In this document: one piece after another, positions 30,447 to 44,700 of the stretch
Position numbering within the stretch: position 1 is the first letter of the stretch
Layout: every line of letters begins with the position of its first letter
Assembly: GCA_012295275.1 (NCBI GenBank)
Contig: CM022667.1
Span: 19,282,001-19,346,000 of the forward strand
Origin: Chrysomallon squamiferum
Taxonomy: Eukaryota > Animalia > Mollusca
DNA: 64,000 nt
Direction: 5' to 3'
Notes under the pieces: generated by a model
Seen by the model: the letters and a program-made list of their open reading frames with translations, nothing else
What the model was told of the DNA's origin: nothing
Databases searched by the model: none
Position numbers and translations under genes: made by a program

Positions 30447-33400
30447 TTCCTGCTGTTTGTTGTTTTAATCTTCATTTTAAAACAAAACGAAAATGAAACC
30501 ATTGTTCAGGCCACGGAGTCTGCTCATGCACACACTAACAGTGTTATCAGGTGTAAATATATAAATATAAATACATAGATAAATGAACTGTGTGTGTGTA
30601 TGTTTCTCATACACTCTGCAACAGTCTGTTAACACAGTAAGTTATAGACTGCATTGTTTGTATCCATGAAAAAAACTGTATTTTACAGACGTCTGCTGAC
30701 TGCTGAATTCCAGGATTGCGCAAGTTGACTGAGTTACGCACCATAGTTAGAATATTAGCAAATCTGTTGCCATATTGTTTCCCTGCAGGGCATTAAAAAT
30801 GGCAAGGATTTGTGGGCAGTGATGTTATTTTGTTGAGAAAAGGAAATAACTGTATTATAGATTATTTGTTTCTTCTAAAACTCTAAGGGTTTCCTACTAT
30901 GATTTTGCCGTTTGAAAGTGTGCCTAGTTAAATTGTTACAGGCATGTCAAAAATGAGACCTGTGCTGTATTGCTGGAATGTACAAAGTTAAAGATTACAA
31001 GCTTTTTTTTATTTTGAATTATTTTTAGGGAGCATACATTACTGATTATAATAAAGAGTTTTATTGAAATAAATGGAAATGTATTATATTCAATCAATGA
31101 GTCACTTACAACAAGCATGTTTTGTGAGGTACTGATTAATTCGTAATTTTAAAAAATCAAAAATTATTATTATTTTTTTTTTTTTTTTTTTTTTTTTTAT
31201 TTATTATAGAGACTTTTCTAAATGATTTGTTTCTTTAATCAGTTCAACATTTGTATGAATTATTTTTCTCATTTCAAATTGTTAGATTAATACATTTGTT
31301 TTAATAGATAGAGATTTGTGCTTTCGGATAGATGACTCGGAGTCTTTCTTTTTATTTCAGTTTTTAATTAAGAGTTATTTCCTCATTATTTTGAATTTAA
31401 AAAGATGCAAGTTCAGTTCGGTACTGGTTGAGTGTATCTGACATTATTATTTGTCATAACTAATGGATTAACTATTAAACATCTGTTACAAACAATAATG
31501 GAGAATCTTGTTCTTTCACAATTCATAAAAATGTGTGTGGGACCAAAGCAAAGTGTTTGCAAGAATTTATTATTTTTCTTTTGGGAAAATGTTTGAACTG
31601 TTGAGAATTTAAATGTATATTATTGTCAAATGTTGGTGACAGTATTGATAACCATTACTTCATGATGTTCAGACTGAAAGTGTGCATGTAAAAAAAACTG
31701 GTTCTGGGTTACTTTTGAAATCACTGGGGTTTATAAGTTAGTGTTTGACTTAATCTTGTACATTACATTTTTTTTTTTTTCTCGACTGCTGTTCATGTAT
31801 GATAGAATCATCAGTGTGCATGATTTTTATTATCTTTTTTTTATATATTTGAAAGTTAAAAAAAAGAAATTGAAAACATCTCGGATAAAATATGTTATTT
31901 AAAATTCCACCCATTTTAAAAATGCTTTCTGTTAAATGGTGCTATTATATTAAGTTATCAAATGGGCCATGAAAATTTTGTTAACCATTGTGTCAATCAT
32001 TTCAAAAGAACTTTTTTAATAAGGCTTTAGTATTTCACAATTTTAAAGCAAATTCCATTTTCAGATACTGTATTTTTTCTCATTTGTATTTTTTTTTTTT
32101 TTTAAACAAATATCATAACGTTTATTTATGGAGAACGATGTATATTTTTCAAGCCTACAGCAGTTTTTCTTGTTAACAAAGATGTAATTAAATGCTACAT
32201 TGTTATTATGTGTATGTATGGACATCTCACGTGGAAATATTTTGTGAAATTTAAATAGGAATTTAGCCGTATCATCTGTCAGAAAAATTTCATTGCTTGT
32301 GCAAAGAAAAGATATCACCAGCAGTTTATTTTTGTACAGACTTTTATCACATTTTGATTAAAGATTAAAACATTATTTGCATTCTTTCATATTTTTTTTT
32401 TTTTTTAACATAAATCTTCAGAATGAATGCTGTAACAAGATTTTAAAAGGTGGAATGTAACAGTTTTTAACACAAAACAGTTTGAAGTAAATGCTATTTT
32501 CATGGTTTTGGTAGACCTGTGCCTAGTTTTAATTTTTTTAAATTTAAAAATTATTTACCGAGACAAAGAAATTATTACCATATTTTATTTCTATTCACAA
32601 AAGATCTCTTTGTTTCTAGCACTAACATGGCATAATAAAGCTTTAAATTATAACAGGATTTCAGGAACTGGTGTGTATGTATGTTTTGTGCATGGAAGCC
32701 TATTCAATAAATTACTGATATCATGGTCAGGTATAGGGATCAAATCTGCCTTATCTCCAACCTATGTTAAGAAGGTGTAAAATGTTTGAAAACAGTACTA
32801 CCAGACAATCCAGCCTGCTGAATTTTCTCAGAATATGATGTCTTCACTAACAATTGCACTGATTTTAAACAGACATACATTAAAAATTCTGTTATCAAAA
32901 CAAAACTAAAATGACTCCATTACCAACTATTAGATTTTTTTTTTTCTTTGTTTTAATTTTTTTTTTTTTTTTTTTAAATTGTCAGCTATTTTCAAAAAGG
33001 ATAAGAAATAAATATTCTTTACTGACTAGATGGAAGTGTAACTTACTCATTTTAAAATTAGATTTTTTCCAATTTTGTTTTACTTACATTTAAGCTTAAT
33101 GTTGGTGATTTCATCACAAATGAGAAATTAAGAGTCGTATTCTCACAAGATTTTAGCAGGGCTAGAGCACTTTTCTGGGTTTTCAATTATAATAATTTTT
33201 TTAATTTTTGTTTTAATTTTTTTTATTATTGATGTCAACCTATACAACTTGAAAAATGCTGCTTGGTATGTGTGTAAATATTTTTGAAAAAGTTTTTAAA
33301 TTAAAATTAAATGTTTTAGTATCAGGAGATTGTAGACACAACAAAAAAATATATATTTACTTACTTAAGCTTACATAATTGATTATTTTATTTGAAATGG

Positions 33401-35439
33401 ATTTTTTTAGTTTTTTTTTTTTCACCTAATGTTCAAAGATGATATAATGAATAAATAAATTAAGTTACTTCTAAATTATTATTTTAATAGATTTAAAAAA
33501 ATGTAATAATAATTAATGCTATCACAGTTAAAGAAATGGAAGAGAGTAGATGTTTTTATCTAAACTGCTGGTAATTTTTGTATAAATATTTAAAACAAAT
33601 AGCATTTTTAGGATGTAAAGTTATAAGTAATGTCATTACATCATGGATCTTTTAAAATCTCACTTGTGTCCAGAAATGAATACAACAATCACAGGTACGT
33701 GAATTATCATTATAAAATATATTTAGCTATGAAAACATGACACTAACCTAAATAAAAGATAAGGTTTCTGTTTTTGTTGCATTTGTGTGTGTATACATTT
33801 TTATTTTTATTATTTTTATTATTTTTAGTCATCTAATAAATTGATACTTTCATTGTTAGGCAAATAGGATGTCATCTTTATTTTATTTATTTTTTTTTGT
33901 TTTATATTTTATATTTAAATTCTTTGTAAATTCTGTTACATTTCATTTTTATTATTTAAACTTTTCTTCAGTTGTTAAACCCTTATTTGGGAAAGTAATT
34001 ACTAAATTATATTAACTTTGTAAAAATGGTATAACTATTTAATCTTAAATTATTCAACATGTAGGGATTTATTTTTATTTTTATAAGCTGTAATCACAGA
34101 TAATCCAAGCAAAGACTAAATACATGTATTTTCATGCAATTGTTTAATTTGTTTCTCTGTGTCTGATAATAACAAAACATGACAATATAATAACAACTTT
34201 ATAAAGAATGCACTGAAGCTGACGTTATCCACTTTATTAAAACATAGATCAATAATTATATAAATGTATATGATTAACTAAAATATATATGATTGACTCA
34301 AATATTTTCAAAATTATCAATCAAACCAAATATTATAACATAATAAAATAAAAAGATAAAAAATCATATTTACACATTACAATTATCATTATGCTGTTGA
34401 CAAAGACAATCAGTTGGAAGTTCACCAGTATATATAAGCAGTTTATTTACATCACTCTTTAAAAATAAACAAAATCTACATAGGCTGGTTGTTCATGTCA
34501 ATACAGAAATATTTACATTTTTTTCTTCACTTTAAGGCATCTTTCATATTAACAATTTACACTACTTTTTTATTTTACTTTATTTTTATTTATTTTTTAT
34601 CATACAGAAAAGTTTCTATTTCGTAATAATGAAATTATCATTCTGTTTATCTTTTTGAGCAAATAATGTATTTCTTTATTATTATTATTTGCTGTTAACT
34701 TTCAGTATTATTTTTATTTTTAATAATTCTTATTATTTACATTTTACTTTTTTATTATTATTTTTTTTATATTCATTTTTATTTTAATCTTTTTTCTTTA
34801 AATCTTGTTCTTCATGACAATTTGTATTTGTATAAAAAATAATTGTTAATCAAAATCAAAAATTGTTGAATGATTTAAACTATCACCTGAATGGTTGCGG
34901 AGGTTATTTCATTAATTTTCATTATTTGTTTAAAGTTTCTCACGAATATGGATGTTAAAGCAGAACTGTTCAATGATGGATATGTGTATAATAAACTTTT
35001 TAATAATGAGAGTGTTTTGTTATTTCATTGATGCATTAATTCAAACAAAATTCATAAATACAGCTAAAACGAATGACAATAATAAATGAATAAAAAAAAA
35101 AAATTTCTATGCCAGCATAGCAAATCAGGAACCATTATTTTCAAAGATTCAGATTAGGCTGGCATGCATCTTTGTTAAACTATGATCACAGTTGAAATAA
35201 TAATTTTTAGCTGTTAACCAGTGGCAACACTATTTCACCAAACCACATATTAGGATTATAGCACTTCATTTTTTTCCTCTTATTTTTTTTTTACATTTTA
35301 TTATATGGATTTCTTCAAAGCAGGAGAAAAATTATATCTATTATTAATAACTTTTTTGAATCAATCAGTCATGATGTTTGATCTTCTTCACTGTATCTGT
35401 AGCAGCAAAAATATCTCCTGCAACTGTTTCTTTTACTTG

Positions 35440-37344
35440 TTACTCTTTTATTTGTTGATGTAATTTGCTAGTTTGTTTCTGAAGAGCTGACAGAATGTTT
35501 GATACAACACTGTTATCTTGTAGAGTCTGTTCATCTGATTGATCCGTTCCCAACTCAATGTTCTCAAGAACTGTCTGCATAGCACTGTTTGCTCTCTCAA
35601 AGTTTTCTTCCTCTTTTACTGCAGATAACAGACTCTTTAAGTAGTCATCATTGTCATCACCATTACCATCATCATTATTATCATCATCACCATCATATTC
35701 AAAATCATTAAATGTTTCTGCATCATATCCAGCAGGTGGGTTACCTTGCACCGTTCCGGTTATAGATCTGTGTTCACCTTTGTTTCTTTCATGAGTTACA
35801 ATAACTCCCATTGGTTCTTTATTCTGCCTACTGTTATCATAGCCATCCAGTACCATCTGAACACCATCTGGGAGATCGTTCTCTTCACTGTGTTCTGTTA
35901 GTGGATCCCGATGTATCACAATATTAATATTGTCTTCACCGTTACTTCCTTGATCTGAACTGTCACCATTATTTGATGACAGCACATGTACTACGTGTAC
36001 ATCAGAATTCTGTGGGTGCATTCTGGCCGATTGATCATTATTCACAAGCATTACCACGTGAGGAGACTGACCTCTGTCCATCTGCTTACTGATTTCAAAA
36101 CCTGAAGACTGCTGATTAGTGGCTGAAGAGTCCTGATAAACATGAATGCTTGTTCTTTGATTGTTTGAATGTGAGAACCTGGTAGTAAAACTCTTGTCAT
36201 GCCTGTGCTGAAGTTTAAAATTACGATTAAAATTATCCAGCTGACGCATGGCGTTCTCAAGGTCTATGTCTATATCAGGATCTAGATATCGTTTCTTTAT
36301 TTTGTGCTTTGAAAACCATGGAACAGCACTGCTGGAAAAATTCATCTGGAATGTTTTATTGCTTCTAATGTCATCATCATAAGCTGTAAGAATAACAATC
36401 ATATTAAGAATTTTTTATTATCACCGAAGTTAAAAATGTTTGTGCCTACAATATGTTATATTTTTAATTGAGGTAGAATATATTTTACAAGCATTTTTAC
36501 ATCTCATACCTATAGATAGATAGTTAGAGAGATAGAGAGCAGGAAATAAATAAATATATATGATTTTGAATAATGATGGTAATGGTGTAATATATATATG
36601 TAAGGAATAACTGGTTACTGTCTTAAGATACCTGCTATACCCTCTGAAGGTTAGAATGCTAAATATAATCCATCAATTTCAGAAATCTACTTTTTTTATA
36701 GTAAAAAACTGAATGAGTGCACTGGTAATATTAAAAACTGTACCTTTTTTTTGCTCTGATGTCCAGTTTGTTGGACTTTTATAAATTAATTGTTGGTTAT
36801 TTGTTTCATCTTCACTCTCAGTGTCTGCTGACTGAAAATGAATAATTTTTACTCTGATATATCAAATCAAAAAGAAACCATCATTTAAGTGCACATAATT
36901 TTCCAAATTTGAATACCACTGTAAAACTGATAATCTTCAATATTAATGATGAGAATTAAGCTACTCATTTCTGTCATCACATTTAATATTTTGTTTATTA
37001 TTAATATAGGTGGACCCTGCTGTGATTTTTTATTTCAAGAAAATAAATTTATTCTCATTCAAAAGAACATTTTATAATGGGCAGCAGAAAATGATCAAAT
37101 GAATGCTCAGTGTCACTGAATTAATACTTATTTTAAATATAAAAATGTTAAATAAATGATCAAAAGTTAAATTAAAACAGTGTAAACAGGAGCCAGGAAA
37201 TGTTGATATGTACATGTAGATCATTAACATTTGTATTCATGTGATAAATTTATGTAAATGCAGTTAAATCTGCATAATGACAATTATAATGAAGCTATTT
37301 ATTCAGAATGACAACAATCTAATTTTCCTAAAACAAAAAAAAAC

Positions 37345-37401
<57 letters not shown>

Positions 37402-37512
37402 ACAAACAGCCTGAGTTACTACCTTTTTCTTTCCTAAATTGTGATATAATGATCTACTGTGTCCTCCTGTCACCATAACAACCAGAAACGTAAGCAGCCC
37501 AATACACATCAT
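35440..37512 (-). CDS. Uncharacterised secreted acidic protein, ~373 aa, 3 coding exons
   Basis: Exons 37423-37512 (signal peptide MMCIGLLTFLVVMVTGG), 36744-36831 and 35440-36383 join in frame with GT-AG sites (1122 nt). The last exon is a 944-nt non-repetitive open frame. D/N/E-rich and contains KKR. Confidence 0.7.
36606..36660 (+). repeat. Dispersed repeat fragment shared with ~61159-61210
   Basis: aataactggttactgtcttaagata (36606) versus aataactggtttctgtcttaagata (61159), 24/25 identical. Confidence 0.55.
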
Positions 37513-37930
37513 AAATAAAAATGCTTGGGTTAATCAGAAATAATCTGGAAACAGAGACAATACTAATTCTTCATTCAATTATATATTGTTTTTTGCTGTT
37601 GCTTTTAATGGTAAATGCAGTTATAATTTTATTATAATTATTAATTAAAATTTAAGAAATAATAATAATAAATCAATCAATCAATAAATAATTAATAAAA
37701 ACAGAAATGAATTAAAACATAAAAATTTATTTTTAGTTTTGTTTGTATTATTTTACTTTATTTTTATGTTTATTTTACAATTATCAAGTGAGGGTAAATA
37801 TATTAAACGATGCACGTTAAACTGGTTTTATCTGGGACTCTAAACAGGGAAAATTGTTTACATTATCTGATATAATTATGTTGTAGGTAAACTATAGAAG
37901 TCAATATAAAAAAAAAAAAATAAAAATTAA

Positions 37931-37974
<44 letters not shown>

Positions 37975-38029
37975 AACAACATATGACAAAAGATTCAGTC
38001 ATACAAATGACTTTACTGTTTTGTCGAGT

Positions 38030-39154
38030 TTTAAGGGCGCCATTTTTGAAAGCTGTTTATATAACACATGAATATTATTATAACATATCTTTAAAACATA
38101 TACCTTTTTTTTTTTTTTTTGGTAATGGTTTACACAGTAATTATCATGAAAAACACTTCGTAGAAACTAAATTTGTATTAATTCCATGTTTGGATGCTAC
38201 TTTTGGTGGTGACTGTTGAGATGATTTAGGCCGGTTACCGGAAACGTGTGTTCCATGTCAACTTAAATGGCGAAGCACCTCACTCTTCACACGAATTACA
38301 GTATGCACCGAGATTTATGTATCCTTAGCGCGCATACAGTTGTTTTTTGTTTTGTTTTTTAATTTATTGCTGCTGGGTATTACAAGAAGTAGTAGTAGTA
38401 GTATCGTTGTCGCTGTTGTGGTGGTGGTGGGTTTTGTTTAGTTACCAGTTATTGTAACTCCGGGTATTTTTTTAATGTGTGTGTGTGTGTGTTTTTTGGG
38501 GGGTATCATTCGTTTTAATTGCTGTCGTTGTGTGTATATTTAGATATTTATAAATTAATAGAAATATTCAAGTAATGTTTATTACAGGCACTTTTTGAGG
38601 TTCGTTTTCGTTATCGTTTTAATAAAATACACAATTAACTTGAACATTTAATAAATTATTTGCTCTTCTGTCTAAAAAATGTATTTATTTGTTTATTTAT
38701 TATTTCATTTCATTTAGACTATGTGCTTTTTATTGTTTTGGGTTTGTGTGTATTTACATACTCAGAAATGACTAATAATATTCAAGTAACTTATTACGCG
38801 AATGTTTTTAAGTTCATTTCTGTTACGGCTTTAATAAACTATTTGCATGTATTATTTGTATTTGACGAAATCAGTATTACACTGTTGGTGTATTCTTTAT
38901 CGAGACAAGTGCACTATTTGTTGTTTAGTTAACATGGCGGATTTCCGTCTGCATTTAATATCGATATGAACAAATCATGTTTGGGAAGCTGTCTCTGAAC
39001 AGAACTAATTCAGGCTGTCTGACAAAACCTCGTGAAAACACATAATAGGTAACCAACATAATTACAAAATAATGTCATTCAGCATTTTGTGTTATACGTG
39101 AGCACACCCAATCAGCTTGATAAAATATTTAATAAATTATTATTTGCTATTCTC

Positions 39155-39186
<32 letters not shown>

Positions 39187-40090
39187 TATTTATTATTAGT
39201 TATAAAAACCTTTTGAGTCTTGTATCTTAATTACTAAAATTACCACAAAGCTGCTGTTTAAACTCCAATCTAATTTAAAACAATTTACTCCTTGTTATTT
39301 CTTGTTTATAACAGATCACGTTACTTCAGAATTTCATTTTAATTATGGTAGCAACCCAACGATTCAAATTTACAAACTCAACGGCATTTTTTACTTTGTT
39401 ATTTACTTTTTTTTTTAATTATCATTTTCTGAGAGCTTAATTTATTAAAATTAAAAATAATATTTATTTTAAATGAACTACAGACATGACTTTAAGCTGC
39501 TTCTTTTTCTGTGCTTCGGAACTCGAATGAAATCGGCTCATTACTTAACAGCAATTCTACTTCGGACCACGCATGCGCATCTTTTACCGATTTGACCAGT
39601 TTACCACAGACGACAACGCCCTCCAGTGACAAAATAAGCTATTTGGTAAGATTATAACAAACTGTGATATAAGATTTAAATAAAAAGGGGTAAAAGTTCA
39701 TAAAAATGCCAAAGGTTAAAAAAAAAAACTGCAATGCTTCAGCATGATTATAAAAATATCCTGAAAATAGAACCTTATACATTTTGACCTCAAACAACCG
39801 ACAGGTGCCCGATGGCCGCCATTTTACTTTTGCTACAGCAGGACAGAATAACAATCGGAAAATAAAAACGTGTGTACAAATTTATTGATTTTTAATAAAT
39901 TTTCAGAAACAGATAATTCAACCTAAGATGTACACATCACTTTTTCCACCGCTGATTTCTTTGGTGTGTAACCTTGAACGAAAGAGCACACTCCGACAAA
40001 TGGCTCCTTCTCTGTGCACGCAGAGGGCGCTAGCTTGGAGAGTGGGGGCGCTTCTTGACACCCTTGTTGAATCCTCCTGGCGGCCAAAAC
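38030..40090. promoter_or_regulatory. CpG-enriched promoter/regulatory region between the secreted orphan and CTCF
   Basis: YY1-like ATGGCG motifs at 38038-38046 (-), 38265-38272 (+), 38931-38940 (+) and 39815-39825 (-). NRF1-like CGCATGCGCA at 39570. CTCF-like motifs at 39616-39629 and 40017-40030. Donor AG|gtaacc at ~39049. Confidence 0.55.
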
Positions 40091-40579
40091 CCACTGATAG
40101 ATTGGGTTGTGTGCCTTTTACTGTTTTACAATAATATTTAGACAAAAATATATTTTAAATACTAACAATCAGATCAGTCTTTATATCACACTACTGTCGA
40201 TTCAAATGACATACCCAAAATAATGAAAACCGTACGAACCATTACTAACATCTATCGGCTGTCGCACATTTTTTTCTGCAATAAAAAAGTGAAATATTTC
40301 AAACAATCCGAAGAGTTTGTTTGAAAAGTCGTAAACTTTAGTGAAATTATAATTTTAGATCTAATAAAGTTACCAGACTTACTCTGAATATTCAAACCAG
40401 TATACATGCAAAATACATATTTCTTTATTTTTATTTAATAGATTTGGTTGCCAGAATTTACAAGTGAAAATATTTGATATTCTTCTATTTATTATATTTT
40501 ATACTTTATATAAAAGTAGTTACAATTACTAACTCCAAACATTTTTCAAAAATAAAATCACACTGTCATATAACACATC

Positions 40580-40629
<50 letters not shown>

Positions 40630-41794
40630 TTATTATTTGTATTCTTTTTTCATATATAGATAGATAGATATAGATATAGATTTACCATAAGTGATTTAGC
40701 CTCAAAATGAGATGATCAGTTTAGTTAGATTCCTTCCTAAACTATAAAAAAAACATTTTCATCCTATCCTATCATTTTAAGTAACTTTTTTTTTAATGAA
40801 CAGATAAATTATATATACTCATACTTCTTCACTATATTAAAATGTACCATATTTATAATTCTTTAAGGGGCTTCTTCATACAGCTTGTTTGTAGAAACTT
40901 TTCACACATTAACAAAAATGTAAACGAGTAAAAATAAAAATGAACTACTTCAAAAGTCAAAATGAAACTGACTGAAGATAGCTTAAATAGGCCTGCAAGG
41001 CTTCACAGTCCTACATTTTCTAATTTAAAAGGCTTAATCCTGTACAGGAATTGTTAAACAAACAGGTAATTTTTTAAAATTATGCTTTCTTAAATCATAT
41101 TGTTATTTTTTCATATTAGAGAGGGAAAGTCAATTAATTATGACAGTATTAACATAATAAAATATAAAATTAAGGATGAATACAATAAATTAAACTCAAC
41201 TATAAACCCAAAGTTCTTCATATTATTATTATCTGGTGTACTATTATTTATTAATGATCAGTTTTGGGGTCAGATGGGTACATGTAATATAAATTTTGAA
41301 ACTGTTGTTTTTATTGATTTTACTGCTATTCATTTTCTCACACATTGTAATTTGTATATTGCCTGTCCACAAAAGAATAACTTTGGAGAGTCATATTTGA
41401 TTAATAAATTCATCTAACACAATTATTTCTTTCCAGTTTATTATTAAGAATATTTTTTATAAATATCTAATAATTTTTTATTTTAAACTGCTAAATAGCT
41501 GTGATGTATTGGAAACTGAGATAGAAAACATTGATTAGTGACCTGTCTGAAACAAGGTAATGTATTTGAAATGTATTTGAAAAAATTGGTGGTATCTAAT
41601 GAGAAAATGGATTAATGTTTTTTCTTTTAATTGACTATTGGTAAATACATTTATTCTATTCTAGCTTATGTGTTTACTATTTAATTTCAGATTTTGAGAA
41701 ATAAGATAATTGCAGCTGTTCATGATAACTGACTAAGACAAATTGCTAAAGTAGTTAAATAACATTTTGTGTCTGATATTTTCAGTTATACGTT

Positions 41795-44700
41795 ATGGAG
41801 AGTGCTTCTGTGGAGACTGGCCCAGGACAAACTCTGAATGATCTACAAAACTATCTAGTTCATTTTAATAAAGAAATAGAAACAGCAGACCAGCCTGGGG
41901 CTGAGAGCCAGTCTGGTTCAGAAAGTGCATCTATCAGTGTTGATGTCGTGGCAGCAAAGACAGAGCCAGGTTCTCAGTTCACTACTGGCTTTTACTCTGA
42001 GCAGCAAGTTATACCCACCTCATTAGGAGCCTCAGTTCAGGAATTATCAGTAATGACACCTACTGCAGCTGCAGTTGAAACTCAGAATGTAGCTGGCAAC
42101 AGTGACGTAAACAGTGAATCAGACCAGATAGAGAATGAATCAAAACATCAGGATGAATCAGCTGATTCTTTGGAGAACTACCATGACTACATTGCGAGTC
42201 TGACAGGAGAGAAGATTGATGGTGAGGAACTGACTGTGGAACCAGTGACAATGGCTCAGGAACTTGCAGTGAATTCCATGATGGATGGTCTTGTTGCCCA
42301 CACGTCTGCTGGCAAGATGATAAGAATAGTTTCAGTTGGCAAAGATGGACAGATGCAGCTCATAGGAGAAGACATGCCTGCAGGAATTAGTATATCAAAC
42401 CTACAACTTAAACAGGAGCCACCCAGTGAACTGGACAACATCAGCAGCACCATTGATTCCAAACACTCTGGTGTTATTGATGGCACAGATCCAGTTGCTG
42501 TTCTTGCATCAGTAGCCACAAATACATCTAATGTAAATAACTTGCAGAATAGAAATGAGCTGAATGATGCTCAGCTGGTTGCACTGCAGAACTCAGCAGA
42601 CAGCTCACAGCCGCAATTAGTGGCAGTCCAAAGTGGGTCCGGTGAATCCATGCAGATCATTGGTGGGCCAGAAGGAATCACTGGTCAGGGTAACCAGGTT
42701 ATGTTCAATTCATTTCAGACAGTCACCATTGTTCCATCAGAAGTGAACCAGGAATCTGGAATAGTGAACTACGTGCTAATTGTTTCTCCAGATGGGGATA
42801 AAGGGAATGAGAAACACATTCAACTTGACATGGCTGGTTATGACATCAAAGATGAATCTTTAAGAGAAGTCACAGAAGAAATTGTCCAGGAAGATGGGAC
42901 AACACATCGAGTTCTGAAAATAACTCCACAGAACTTTTTTCCTGGGTCTCAAACCCAGCTGATGTGTAACATATGTAACTATACAAGTCCAAAGCGATAC
43001 TTACTGTCTCGTCACATGAAAACGCATTCTGAAGACAGACCATATAAATGTAATATTTGTGAAAGAGGTTTCAAGACTCTGGCATCACTCACCAATCACG
43101 TGAACACTCACACTGGCACCAGGCCACACAAGTGCAAGGACTGTGAGTCATCATTCACAACATCAGGGGAACTAGTACGACATGTACGATACAGACACAC
43201 ATTTGAAAAACCTCACAAGTGCCCAGAGTGTGATTATGCTTCTGTGGAGTTGAGCAAGCTGAAGAGACATATCAGAATGCACACAGGTAAAATTAACTGT
43301 TTTGTACCATTACCAAGGCTGTATACAAGCTTGGGCCCAAGTTCAAATTAACAGTTGTTCAAAAGATAATTAACATTTACCAATCTCTTGGCCATTTTTT
43401 GACCAATATGTTTTTTGCTTCATAATAAGGACATTATTTAATTTTATTTCATAAATTAAATTCATGTTCTGTGTGATTTAGTTAAAAAATTAAGGAGTTT
43501 AAAAACACTATGGTGATGGTATTATTAAATTATAAAGATACAGGAGATATTGCACATGTGATTTGTGAACTGTAGTAGTGATAGTAATGATTATAGTTAT
43601 CATAACATTAGTGATCATAAAATTAATAGTAGTGTACTACTAGCAGTAGATCTTCTTCAGTGCAGTTTAAATTTTCCTCTTTATTACTCTTTTTTAATCC
43701 AACATTTTATTTTTTATTTTTTTATTTTTTTGTCAGGTGAACGACCATATCAGTGTCAACACTGTAGCTATGCAAGTCCTGACACGTACAAACTCAAACG
43801 TCATCTGAGAATTCACACAGGAGAGAAACCATATGAATGTGACCAGTGTCATGCTAGGTTTACTCAGAGTAATAGTCTGAAAGCACACAAACTCATCCAC
43901 TCTGGAGACAAACCTGTGTTCCAGTGCGATCTCTGTCCTACAACATGTGGCAGAAAAACAGATTTAAAAATTCACTATCAGAAACTGCACACCAGTGAAC
44001 ATCCCTTGCAGTGCAGGAAATGTGGACAGAATTTCCCTGACCGCTACACATACAAACTCCATTTAAAACAACATGATGGTGAAAAATGCTTCAAGTGTGA
44101 TGAATGCGACTATGCTGCACTTTCACAACGACATCTGGAGAGTCACATGTTGGTGCATTCCGGAGAAAAGCCATTTGAGTGCAGTGGCTGTGACCAGACA
44201 TTTAGACAAAAACAGCTTCTTCGTAGACATCGAAATATTCATCATACCCCTGACTACGTGAAACCTGCGCCGAAATCCAAGAGTTACAGTTGTCCTGACT
44301 GTGATAAAACGTTTGCACACAGAGGAAATCTAGCCCGACATCTACTTGAGTTGCATGGAAAACACATCACATTTGCTGAGTCAGAAGAGGAGACAGACAT
44401 CTGTGAATTGCCTACCATCTCCGCTCAGCACATTCTGGAGAGCAACATAATGCAGGAATGGAGAGATGGGAAACTTGGTAATTCACCTCAAGTTGTTATT
44501 GTTCACCCTGATGGGAGAGTTGAAGAAGTAACCCCAAAACTACAGGCATGTACAATTATTTATGGTGTAAAAGAAACTGCAGACCTGTAGACTAGACTAA
44601 TAATTATGGATTATTTACAATGCAATTACAGATACCTGCATATCTGTTTAAACCCTAAAGTAACTTCATCACCACAGTTATTTACAATTTCAAAAAGTAT

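Noticed and set aside
39639-40145. Short ORFs in the GC-richer region upstream of CTCF
   Set aside because: No recognisable domain; the composition is explained by promoter motifs.
42060-44320. Antisense and alternate-frame ORFs over the CTCF exons (likewise 12643-12936 and 27115-27642)
   Set aside because: Shadow ORFs of real coding exons with no independent features.
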